From assembly GCA_963514005.1 (NCBI GenBank), contig OY740801.1:13640001-13704000 (forward strand): DNA of 64,000 nucleotides. Reading direction: 5' to 3'. The notes beneath the pieces are model-generated. The model ran no database searches, had not been told where the DNA came from, and saw only the letters and a program-made list of their open reading frames with translations. Positions within the stretch are counted from its first letter, which is position 1. Every line of letters starts with the position of its first letter. Of this stretch, positions 26,401 to 36,769 are shown in pieces. A program made the position numbers and the translations under genes. The stretch comes from Raja brachyura (Eukaryota).

Positions 26401-29400
26401 GGTGTAAGGCAGTGGTAGAGTTGATGCCTTACAGCGTCGGACACCCGGGCTTGATCCCGACTACGGTTGCTGTCTGTACGGAGCTTGTGCGTTCTCCCCA
26501 TGATCGTATGGGTTTTCTCTGAGATCTTCGGTGCCCTCCCACACTCCAAAGACGTCCAAGTATGTATGTTAATTGGCTTGGTATAAGTGTAAATTGTCCC
26601 TGGTGTGTGTAGGATAGTGTTAATGTGTGGGGATCGCTGGTCGGTGCGGACTCGGTGGCCAAAGGGCCTGTTTCCGTGCTGTATCTCTGAACTAAACTTC
26701 ATAAGTTTTAACAATCTATTGCATTCACTCTCTGACATTTTGAAGCAGGAGAAATGTTTTGACAATATTTCCATTCTTAAAGGATAATCATAAGAGCTTT
26801 TTTGATTTGGTGATTTTGTGGAATAAAGCTGGACTCCTGCCAGAAAATGACATGAGATTCACAAAATATACTCAATGTTCCTAAGGACTCCAGCTTCAGC
26901 CATTTCTTTCTACTATCTCTCTCCCCTTTGGCTCCACCATTAAGGACATACCCAAGGATCCCACTGTACGCATTCCAGCGAAATGACTGTTCATGCTGTG
27001 TAATGTTGTGGAAAGGGCAGAATTCATATTTGTACCTGCAGGAAACAAGGCGTCAGCATGAAATTCACACATGAATCAGTAAGAATCCACTATGACATTG
27101 AACAGCTCTACTAAAGAGCCAGCACAATCAGTCTCAATCCCCTGCTCTTTACCCACAGCCCTGCTATTTTCCCTATGAATGACTGAATTCTGCGGCAAAC
27201 GCACCAGTGAGAGCACCAGTGAAAATGTAGTGGATTTCCAAAGTCAAAGTAAAAGTCAAAAGAGTTTATTGTCAGGTGTCCCTGACAGGACAATGAAATT
27301 CTTTCTTTGCTTCAGCACAACAGAACATAGTAGGCATTGACTACAATGCTCTTTGATAAAGTACATGACCACTGAATCAGATTAGAGAAAAAGGTTAAAA
27401 GTGGAGTCAGGAAGCGAAAAGCAGCTATACTAAAAAAAATCCAATTAGAGGAAAGCGATTGCCATTTATTGTGGGAGAAAATGAATAGCAGGGTCCCAAA
27501 AGGATTATTTCTGGGATTACTGCAAATGACAATTTATTCGCGATTTAGAAATTGTTTTTATTCTAAATTTGCCATTCATACTAAATTGGTGGATGGGGTC
27601 TGCATATTAATAAAGCTAAGCTGTGTAGAGAAACAAATGGATCTAGGAATATAATACATGAAGAGGGTTACACAAAAAGCTGGAGAAACTCAGCGGGTGC
27701 AGCAGCATCTAAGGAGCGAAGGAGATAGGCGACGTTTCGGATCGAGACCCTTCTTCAGACATGAAGAAGTTGTGACATAGATCGAGGTAGTCATAATAAA
27801 ATTGAAAAGTAGAGAAATTATCTCAAACTAATTGCTGATTCTGGCACACCCACTTACCTGCCAGGGTCTGAGTTCCTGCACCTTCTTGAAACTCACCTGC
27901 TTCCCATCAAACTTATCTAATTTCCCCAGGTGCTCTTTAAGATTCCCAGGTTCATTAGAAAAATGTATTGATCGAGTGAGTAATATCTAAAAAATATTTT
28001 AATTAAAACAAACATTCAACGTCCTGAAAATCTACCAGTCTGGCATCACCAACATCAGAAGCATGCTGGGTTAGAATTTTACTGTAAATGCTCATCACAT
28101 TGGGCCAAATCACGTTCCATTTATACAAGAATAGAAGAAAATAGGAGGAGTCTGATTCATAGCTGATCTATGCCAGAATCAATTCCACTTATGTGCCAGT
28201 TCTCTGTAATCCTCAATCGTTCAAATTATCTATCTCCACTTTAAATATATAAATGATCTGACCTCCACTACCTATGGGGGCAGATAATTCCAGAGATACA
28301 CAATCCCCAGAGAGGAAATGTCTCCACACCTCAGTTTTTAGCTACAGACCTTTATTCTGTAACTATCCTCCCTTGTTCGTGGTTCACCCACCAGTCAAGT
28401 AACACTCTATCTTGCGAACCCCCACCTCGGAGCTTGTATGTTTGAATAAGGTCACCTTCATTCTCCTAAACTCCAAGAAATACAGATCCAAACTCTACCT
28501 CTCAAACAAAAACAGAAAACGCTGGAAGTGCTCAGTAAGTCAGGGCACATCTGTGGGTGGTGAAGCAGAGTCAACATTTTAGGTCAGAGACCTTTCTGTT
28601 TAAGATTTCCAGCATCTGATTTTCGCTAATTAACCACTCTTGATAAAACAACCCTCTCATCCAAGGAATTGGCCTGGTGAACCTCCTTGGGACTGCCTCC
28701 AAAGCTACTCTGTCTTATGTTTAGGTACTGACCAGATACGGATGCATAGGTCCCTGTGGGCTGGACCTCCCAATCGAAAGTTTGAAACAGACCGTAGAGG
28801 ATTAGTGCACCATTTAGGCTCTCTCCAGAACACTCTTGCTTTACAGGGGCACGAACTGGGCAAAGCTGGGCACAGGATCACCTCTTGTCTGATCAGACAA
28901 GGTTGCTTTTTAAAGAAGTTTTAAAGAAGTCGGGAGCTATTAAGATTGCTATTAATAAATTATTATTGCTATTAAGTAGTAGTAGTAGTAGGCTCCTCTC
29001 GGTCCCATGGGACCATGGGTGATGCATCCTGGTCGGATGCAAGCCTGGGCGATGTCATGTGGAGGACAGGCTGTTGCCCATGCAGCACGTCCCCCCTCTC
29101 CACGTCACTGATCGATCCAAAGGTACAGCTGGGCCATTACAGTTTGGCACCAGCGCCGTCGCAAGGAGCTGCCAGAGTGAGGTTGTAGACAAGGGGCTCC
29201 CACTCCGGATTTTCTTGAGGTTTACTCCTGGAGCCTTTTCCATGACTGGATATGGCTACAAGTAGGCATGTGCCGTGAGTAATTACTCAGGGTAGGCACT
29301 CAGTCGACTTTTAAAAAAAATAATTAAACCGCGCATGCGCAGATTGTTCACTCCGTAAAAATAAAAAATAAAAATAAAAACAGTAACAATTTGATTTGCC

Positions 29401-32400
29401 CAAGGCTTTCTAGTATCCTTTATTCTTAATTACTGAATGGGTGGCGGGGTGAAGGGTGATGGCAGGTGGAGAGATGGTGGGAAAAACGGGAGTACAGAGA
29501 AAAGTTGAATCAGTTGTCATCTTGTTGAATGACAACACTTGCTCAAGGAACCAAATGGGGGGAGAGTTCCTTTCACAGCGTCTGTGCCAGGGGTAAAGTT
29601 GCGTGGAGGGCAGGAGTGTTGAGAAGGAGGGGGTTGGGGATAATGGCAGTAACTCACTCACTCACCGCTGCCGCAGCTTTCCGGGCGCTACCGCATTGTG
29701 GCCGGGGATAGAAACATAGAAAATAGGTGCAGGAGTAGGCCATTCGGCCCTTCGAGCCTGCACCGCCATTCAATATAATCATGGCTGATCATCCAACTCA
29801 GTATCCTGTACCTGCCTTCTCTCCATACCCCCTGATCCCTTTAGCCACAAGGGCCACATCTAACTCCCTCTTAAATATAGCCAATGAACTGGCCTCAACT
29901 ACCTTCTGTGGCAGAGAATTCCAGCGACTCACCACTCTCTGTGATAGAAGCAGCTCGGGTAGCTGCGAGCGGCCGCCGGGAGCCGACAGCAGAACCGGCC
30001 ACCACCTCAGCGCCTTCTGCCGGCCCGCTCACCTCTGGCTCTCCGTCTGAACACCTCACGCCTGCCACTCGCTGGCTTCGCTCATGTAAACCTCTTCCCG
30101 CAAATCCTTAAATTCCCACAGCCGGGTAACCTCAATCGCGCTGTTGGAATTTATGGATTTGCGGGACATGAGTGAGGCAGGCAAGCAGCAGGAGAGAATT
30201 TTCTAGATGGAGAGCTGCCAGAGGTGAGCGGGGGCCGGCAGAAGGCGCTGAGGTGGTGGCCGGTTCCGCTTTCCGGCCCGGCGGCCGCTCATAGCCACCC
30301 AAACTGCTTTTTCCCATCCTCAATGCAGTGGCTCCGTGCAAGGAGCGTCGCAAGTGGCATTATCCCGATCCCCTCCTTCACAACATTCGTGCCCTCCCCG
30401 CAACTTTACCCCAGGCCAGACTCCCCAAACGCTGTGAAAAGAACTCTCCCCGCACCCCAGGAAATAAGTTTTTTTTTTAAAAGCACCAAGAAATGTACTT
30501 ACAACGTTATTGGTACACAAATTCCATTCTTCTCTCTCTGTTTCCTAAGATACACTTAAAATATTGACAATCCATAATTGAAAACCCCGCCAAGAAACTA
30601 GCGCTGCGCATGCGCAGTAGGGTGCAAAGGCAGAATTTCTGCTGCCTTCAGCCCAGCTTGAAATTGACGGCTTCAGGCACCGCTGACGGCACGTGGGCTG
30701 CACAGACTTTCCCGTGTTACAAGCACTGCGGATGAGAGGCACGGAGAATCATGCCTACCTAAGAGATCAATCTCTTAGATAGGCATAATTCTCCCATGCC
30801 TTTACTATTTATATTTAGTAATTACTATGTAATAATTTTAGTCAGGGTAGGCAGTGCCTACCTTGCCTACCCTGACGGCATGTGCCTGGCCACAAGGCAG
30901 TGGAGGTTTTAAATCTGAGATTTTCCTCTGCTAGATGGACTGCCTTCCGAGGCTGACGAGCCCCATCTGCCCGAGTCTTGTGGGGGTGGGAGTGTCTACA
31001 TTCCCGTGCAGGTCTATAGCACCTGCCCACTGCCCAAAAGTAGTATTTTAATTTAAATTATTAAAAGACTCAAGAAACATTAAAAGAAAAAAGAAACTTT
31101 TTTTACATCCGTATCTGTGAATCGAGAATCCTTGTTCAAACTGGGTTATGATCATGTCAGCGAATCCCCAACATGACTCGGTTTGGCCAACGGCCACCAT
31201 GTAGAAATAAGCAATAATAAATCTATCACTTAATTTCATGAGTTCATAAATTCTAGGAGCAGAATTACGCCATTCGGCCCATCAAGTATACTCTGCCATT
31301 CAATCATGGCCGATCTATCTCTACCTCTCAACCCCATTCTCCTGCATTCTCCCCATAACCCGACAAACAAGAATCTGTCAATCTCCAGGTTAAAAATATC
31401 CATTGACGGCCTCCACAGCCATCTGTGGCAATGAATTCCACAGATTCAACATCCTCGGATCAAAGAAATTCCTTCTTATCTCCTTTCTAAAGGTACGTTC
31501 TTTTAATCTGAGGCTTTGGCCTCCGGTCCTAGACGCTCCCACTAATGGAAACATCATCTCCACATTCACTCTATCCAGGCCTAGATTTCCCAGACTTAGT
31601 GGGGCTGTGCAAGTCTGGGTTTGTACTTCAGCAATATGTCAGCATTTCCCTTCAGAACTGCCAGCCTCAGACAGTTTTATTTGATCCATTATGTAACGAT
31701 GGAGGTATAGGAGTGGATGCAAAATAAAAGATTTACAAAGTTGTTTCCACAACTATCGGTTCGTAACCAAAATGAAAGGCTGAATGTATATAATTTCCCT
31801 TTGAAATTGTAGATTTCATGAGCACTGCGTATCGTTATACAAAATGCTAGTAAAGTGCACCGTCCATCTAACTGGGAGATTATCGTTACTGCAGTCAATA
31901 AAATTTCTACTCACGAAGACTCAATCATACTGAAGCATTTCCCAGCAAGTTTGTGCAGATGTGGGGGGCCTGAAAGAAATAAAAACACTTGACAATGTAC
32001 ATTATGTATTGGTAATTATAAGCCCCATTTGTGGGCAGAATCACTTGATCAATAGATCTCATGTGAGGAGTAGCATGGGGAGAAGGCAGCGTGGTAAAAA
32101 GGAGAGATCGTAGCACGAAGAGTGCTAAGGGGGATTTAGTCTGGGGAAAGTGGGTGTGGAGAATATAACTGATGAGTGATGGTAGAGAGGAAGTGCTGGC
32201 AGGAAAGAATGAAGGGCTAAAATCACATCATCCATTACCTGAAATGGCAGCAGGACTTATTTTTGGTTGAAGCCGGGTTACTTGGGTCAGGAAAGGATTA
32301 TTCAATCTGAAATACAAATAACCACATTTTATTGATTGTTTGAGGTGGGGAATTAGTGCTGATGAATCATAAATCTCTATTTTTTCCCTCCATATCTGTG

Positions 32401-34646
32401 GGGTAATTTCAGAGAAGGCCTCAATTCCAGATTGTACTCGATCCTGTCTTGAGGCGTGTGGGAAAGAACTGCAGATGCTGGTTTAAATCGAGGGTAGAGA
32501 TAAAATGCTGGAGTACTGCAACTCAGCGGGACAGGCAGCTTCTCTGGAGAGAAGGAATGGGTGACGTTTTGGGTCGAGTCCCTTCTTCAGAAGAAGTCCG
32601 AAGAAGGGTCTCAACCCGAAACGTCACCCATTCTTTCTCTCCAGAGATGCTGCCTGTCCCACTGAGTTACTCCAGCATTTTGTATCTACCTTCTGTCTTG
32701 AAGTACTTGCTCTGGGTGGAACCTGGTTCCCAAGGTTATATATGGTCTCATACACCTTATCATCTGACAAAGAGGTCTTTCTGGAACTTTACATCCTTTG
32801 GATGGTCTAGAAGTTGAGTACTAAACTATACTTTATTTTAAATCCCAGTACTGGACATTTTCCACCCTCATTCCATGGTATAAAACCTGTCACCATTTTA
32901 TGCAAAGTCTTATACACTGTTTTCTGAAAATCCCAAACTGCCTTACAGACCAAGAATAATAACTTTTAAAGTGTATTACCCTGTCGTTATGTCAGGCTCT
33001 GCAACTTGTATATATTGTATATCTACAAACAGCAATGTTTTCACAACTACATCATAATATTAAGTACTGTATTACATTTACAGGACACTGGGAAGAACGC
33101 TTTAAACAGTGTCATGGGACATTTACATCTGAGGTGCAAAACATGCTTTTGGCTTACAGTTCCCCAGTACAGATTCACATTGGAGTATCAGTCTGGATTT
33201 GGCCCAAGGTCTTTGGAGTTGGATTTGACTTGAGAAGCAACTAAACCAATAAAAATAGCGAAATTAAGTTATTCAACACTGCCTGATCTGGGAAGATTCC
33301 CACCACTCTGACCCTCCAAGGAGAACGATTTTTTGCATTTATTTACCCGTAGGTGTTGGGCTCTTCTACAATTTTCATTTTAGTAGCCGAGATGCCAAGA
33401 ACTGCAGAAGGGAAAGAAAATGAAATCTATTAATATCAGAGTTCAAGTCCAGAAGCACAGGAAGAAATTGAAGCGGCTTGTTGTCGGACTGTATTAAAAG
33501 CTGCAGACAAAAAAAAAGTGTGGGAAGGAACTATGGAGACAAAGAACACAGTATGTCGGAGTGACTGGGCTGGTCGGCGCTGGGATGCCGGTCGCTGCAT
33601 CCAACTGTGATGTCGGGTGCATTGAGTGGTCAGCAACCCGTTCCGGCCATTGACCAGAAACACACCTAACCTTGGACTGACCAAGACCTGGGCCAGGGCC
33701 GGACAACACAGCAATGATGTCCCTCGCCCCTTAGTCAAATATCCGCATCGAGGGATGTGTAGGTACAAACAGCCTGGGAGACGAGAACGGAGACTCACAG
33801 TGCAGCCAGAGGAGGGGGACACAGTGCAGCCAGAGTAGGGGGAGAGTGATTCACAGTGCAGCCAGAGGGGAGAGTTGGGGGACTCGGTGTAACCAGAGGA
33901 GGGGGATTGGGGGGGGACTCACGGTGCTGCCAGAGGAGGGGAGACTGTGCAGCTAGAGGAGTGGGGGAGAGTTGGGGGACTGGGTGCATCCAGAGGAGGG
34001 GGAAGGGGGAGTGGGGACACAATGCAGCCAGAGGGGGGAGGGGGGGACTAGTGGGGGTACTCACAGTGCAGCCAGAGGAGGGGGGGGGGGGGACTAGTGG
34101 GGGTACTCACAGTGCAGCCAGAGGAGGGGTGTACTCACAGTGCAGCCAGAGGAGGGGGGGGACTAGTGGGGGTACTCACAGTGCAGCCAGAGGAGGGGAG
34201 GGGGACTAGTGGGGGTACTCACAGTGCAGCCAGAGGAGGGGGGGGGGGGGGGCTAGTGGGGGTACTCACAGTGCAGTCAGAGGAGGAGTGGGGGGGGGGC
34301 TAGTGGGGGTACTCACAGTGCAGCCAGAGGAGGAGTGGGGGGGAGGGGCTAGTGGGGGTACTCACAGTGCAGCCAGAGGAGGGGGGAAGATGGACTCACA
34401 GTGCAGCCAGAGGAGGAGTGGGGGGGGGGGGGACTAGTGCGGGTACTCACAGTGCAGCCAGAGGGGGGGGAAGATGGACTCACAGTGCAGCCAGAGGAGG
34501 GGGGGGGGGGGCTAGTGGGGGTACTCACAGTGCAGCCAGAGGAGGGGGGAAGATGGACTCACAGTGCAGCCAGAGGAGGAGTGGGGGGGGGACTAGTGGG
34601 GGTACTCACAGTGCAGCCAGAGGAGACAGAGGCCGCCCATCGCCAT
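20357..34646 (-). CDS. GNPTG: N-acetylglucosamine-1-phosphotransferase subunit gamma, complete, 11 exons, 885 nt / 294 aa
   Basis: Exons 34646-34610, 33401-33347, 32306-32239, 31969-31915, 27035-26952, 26189-26096, 25761-25647, 25258-25176, 22845-22723, 21493-21415, 20448-20357 join in frame: signal peptide, [21 protein letters not shown] domain [40 protein letters not shown]...[25 protein letters not shown]-like segment, C-terminal RGDPG. Confidence 0.95.
21415..21493 (-). CDS. GNPTG: GNPTG exon 10 ([26 protein letters not shown])
   Basis: tag/gtcagt, 79 nt. Confidence 0.88.
21600..22250 (+). mobile_element. Old CR1 LINE fragment in GNPTG intron 9
   Basis: Degenerate CR1 RT/3' sequence (GGATCCAAAATTGGCTTGGTGATAGGAG, GCAAGGATTGGTGCTG). 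Confidence 0.55.
22723..22845 (-). CDS. GNPTG: GNPTG exon 9 ([22 protein letters not shown]...QCNE)
   Basis: cag/gtaggg, 123 nt. Confidence 0.93.
23195..23328 (-). mobile_element. Penelope pLTR-derived short insertion with intact minimal hammerhead core, inside an older V-SINE
   Basis: Minus strand CTGAAGAAGGGTCTCGACCCGAAACGTC; flanked by AAAAAGTGGCTT direct repeats. Confidence 0.7.
23748..24012 (-). mobile_element. tRNA-derived V-SINE (HE1-like)
   Basis: Reverse-complement copy of the same family. Confidence 0.75.
25176..25258 (-). CDS. GNPTG: GNPTG exon 8 ([27 protein letters not shown])
   Basis: tag/gtacgt, 83 nt. Confidence 0.94.
25647..25761 (-). CDS. GNPTG: GNPTG exon 7 ([38 protein letters not shown])
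   Basis: cag/gtgagt, 115 nt. Confidence 0.95.
26096..26189 (-). CDS. GNPTG: GNPTG exon 6 ([31 protein letters not shown])
   Basis: tag/gtaggt, 94 nt. Confidence 0.95.
26406..26698 (+). mobile_element. tRNA-derived V-SINE (HE1-like)
   Basis: Same head, core and tail as the other copies (GGTAGAGTTG..CCTTACAGCG...GGGCCTGTTTCCGTGCTGTATCTCT). Confidence 0.8.
26952..27035 (-). CDS. GNPTG: GNPTG exon 5 ([28 protein letters not shown])
   Basis: cag/gtatgt, 84 nt. Confidence 0.95.
27664..27760 (-). mobile_element. Penelope pLTR-derived short insertion, near-identical to 23224-23320
   Basis: Two differences over about 97 nt; ACATGAAGA on both flanks. Confidence 0.7.
29263..30888. mobile_element. 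Non-autonomous foldback-type DNA transposon (hAT-like), nested in an RTE-derived element
   Basis: Imperfect TIRs (TAGGCATGTGCCGTGAG / CTGACGGCATGTGCCTG), 8-bp TSD GCTACAAG/GCCACAAG (1 mismatch), GGTAGGCA subterminal repeats, long internal inverted repeats. Confidence 0.75.
29708..29943 (-). mobile_element. CR1-type LINE 3' fragment nested in the foldback element
   Basis: ATAGAAACATAGAAAATAGGTGCAGGAGTAGGCCATTCGGCCC is the reverse complement of the CR1 tail also seen near 53060 and 56200. Confidence 0.8.
31915..31969 (-). CDS. GNPTG: GNPTG exon 4 ([18 protein letters not shown])
   Basis: cag/gtgagt, 55 nt. Confidence 0.92.
32239..32306 (-). CDS. GNPTG: GNPTG exon 3 ([22 protein letters not shown])
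   Basis: cag/gtaatg, 68 nt. Confidence 0.92.
32455..32692. mobile_element. Palindromic Penelope pLTR pair
   Basis: Two inverted copies meeting at ~32590; CTGTCTTGA direct repeat at 32444 and 32693. Confidence 0.75.
33347..33401 (-). CDS. GNPTG: GNPTG exon 2 ([18 protein letters not shown])
   Basis: polypyrimidine + cag acceptor, gtaaat donor, 55 nt. Confidence 0.92.
33790..34625. repeat. G-rich minisatellite, ~22 units with core (T/G)ACTCACAGTGCAGCCAGAGGAG plus variable G runs
   Basis: Directly visible tandem units; the last unit overlaps the GNPTG exon-1 donor; units degenerate away from the exon. Confidence 0.95.
34610..34646 (-). CDS. GNPTG: GNPTG exon 1 coding part ([12 protein letters not shown], signal peptide start)
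   Basis: ATG at 34646, donor gtgagt, 37 nt phase 1, joins exon 2 in frame; second in-frame ATG at 34640. Confidence 0.8.
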
Positions 34647-34960
34647 AACGACGGCCAGGCCGCGGTTCCGGGCACCGCGCCGGAAGTGCCGCGATCCTGG
34701 GTAAAAGCGAACACTTCCACGGGCAAATTTCCACGAACCGCTGGTCGCCAGGTAAAAGTAGAAGATGCCAGGACGAGCATGTGAATCGGGGCGGCCCACG
34801 GCGAGGACTCGAGGTGTCAGTGGCGAAGGGAGGCGCCTGGTCGCGGATAATGTGTGGGGGGGGTGGGGGGGGGGTGGGTCGCCGGCTTCAGGCTGAGGGA
34901 GGCCGGTCCCCAGCGTCAGTCCAGGCTCAAGATCAAGCAGCCAGAGCACGGGGAGCTTTA
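34647..34960. promoter_or_regulatory. CpG-rich bidirectional promoter shared by GNPTG (-) and TSR3 (+)
   Basis: CpG-dense segment directly upstream of the GNPTG ATG; ETS/GABP motif CCGGAAGTG at 34680-34688; candidate TSR3 non-coding exon donor CAG|GTAAAA at 34751/34752. Confidence 0.7.
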
Positions 34961-35059
34961 GTGTGGCGTTGCTGTCGTCAAACTTTCCCCACGGCTGCAA
35001 ATCGGCCAAGTAAAGGTAGGTGGTCACGGAGTGAGGAGTGTGGTTGCTGCAGGGCCCTG

Positions 35060-36135
35060 AGACACCAACAATCCCTGTTGTTCCAGGCGTGCACTGCCCC
35101 TGCCCCTGCCACCGCCCTCACTATCCCCCAACTCTATCTCCTTGACATTGACGACTGCATCAGTGCTACCTCCTCCTCCCATGCTAAACTCGCGGACTTC
35201 ATCACCTTCACCACCAATTTCCTTCCTGCACTAAAAATTCACTTGAACCATCTCCGACATCTCCCTTGTGTTTCGTGATCTCACCGTCTCCATCACAGGA
35301 GATAGATTATTGCCGGACGTCTGTTATAAATCTACTGACTCCCACAGTTATCTAGACAACAATTATTCCCACCCTGCCTCCTGCAAAGATTCTATTCCTT
35401 ACTCCCAGTTCCTCTGTCTATGCCACATCTGCACCCAAGATGAGGTGTTCCAAAGGAGGACATCCTCGTTCTTTAGGGAATGAGGGTTCCCCTCCCCCAC
35501 AGAGATGAATCCCTCAGACGGATCTCCTCGGTGTCCCGCAGCTCTGCTCTTGCTCCCCCTCCCTCCCATCACAACAGGGACACAGAGTCCCCCATTTCCT
35601 CACCTTTCACCCCATCAGCCGCCGCATACAGCACATATTCCTCTGAAATTTTTGCCACCTAGCAAGATCCCACCAGTAGCCACATCTTCCCATCTCCACC
35701 CCTTTCCACAGAGAACATTCCCCCATTCCCCACGCAACTCCCTGGTTAACTCATCCCTTCCCACCCAACACAAATTGGAGGAACAGCATCTCAAATTTAG
35801 CATGGGCAGCTTACAATCCAGCGGAATGAATTTTAATTTCTTTAACTTCGTATCCCTTGCACCCCGTCTCTCTCTCTCCTTCCCTCCCCCCACCCTAGTT
35901 CTCCGACTAGTTTCATTGTCCTCTGGATTAATTTTACTGATTGTATGCCTCGTAGACCCCTCCCCCTCAGCCAACAATGAACCATGCTATACCAATGTCT
36001 GCTTTGATCTAATTTTCACATCTTTCCCTTCCATATCTCTAGAATCCCTCTTCCCTGACTCTCAATCTGAAGAAGGGTTTCATCCCGAAACATCACCCTT
36101 TCCTTCTCTCCAGAAATGCTACCTGACTCGCTGTG
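35060..36135 (+). mobile_element. Penelope-like element remnant (RT C-terminus, GIY-YIG end, pLTR) in the TSR3 5'UTR intron
   Basis: Frameshifted pieces LDIDDCISATSSSHAKLADFITFTTNF, YKSTDSHSYLD...HPASCKDSIPYSQF, HKLEEQHLKFSMGSLQSSGMN are typical PLE ORF motifs; ends in CTGAAGAAGGG...CCCGAAACATC. Confidence 0.8.
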
Positions 36136-36769
36136 TTACAACGCAGGGCAACGTGGGCAGCAGGGCCCTGGGATACCCAAAAGCATTGTTGCAGTGGTCG
36201 TGATGTGCCTTTGGAGTTCTCGACTTGACACAAACAGCATAGATAGAATAGGCAGTGAGACCTTTTTCTCTTAGCAGTGAGGTTTATAGCAACCTTAAGG
36301 TAAAGGGTATGGGATTTAAAGAAAATTTAAGGAAGATTTTTGTTTTCACCCAGAGATGGTTGAAATTTGAAATTCACTGCCTGAGGTATTGGTTGGGGTA
36401 ATTACTCTAACTTTTACGAAGTATTTAAAAGAGTGTTCAAAGTACCATTGCATTGAAGGTTATGGGCCAAGTGCTAGAAAATGGGAATAGTATTGATAAT
36501 TCATTGTCAACATGCACACAGGGTGAACAGCCAGCATTTGTATTGTGTGACTCTACATTCAAGTAAGATCAATAGATTTTTAGACATTAAGAGAACAATA
36601 GGACACAGTGTTAGTGCACAAAGTGATTCAGATGTAATTTTATCCATGATGTTACATGTGCCTAATTTCTGCTTTTATTTCTTGTGTTTTTATTTCATGC
36701 AATCTTGAATCAGTTGCCATCGATTGAACAGTCAGCACCTTCAATTCCATTGCTGGCATTCTTGTTCAG

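Larger units (their letters stand above)
28975..31035 (-). mobile_element. Short RTE-derived retroelement (5' and 3' ends joined, (CTA)n tail), split by the 29263-30888 insertion
   Basis: (TAG)n at 28976-28991; host sequence resumes across the TSD (GATATGGC.ACAAGGCAGTGGAGG); CTAGATGGACTGCCTTCC..GCTGACGAGCCCCATCTGCCC resembles recalled RTE 5' ends; AAGTAGTA at both flanks. Family call from memory. Confidence 0.55.

Noticed and set aside
33790-34625. Repeat-spacer pattern resembling a CRISPR array, and the repetitive ORFs (VLTVQPEEG..)
   Set aside because: Spacers are only variable G runs, the context is a eukaryotic intron and there are no cas genes; the ORFs are by-products of the minisatellite.
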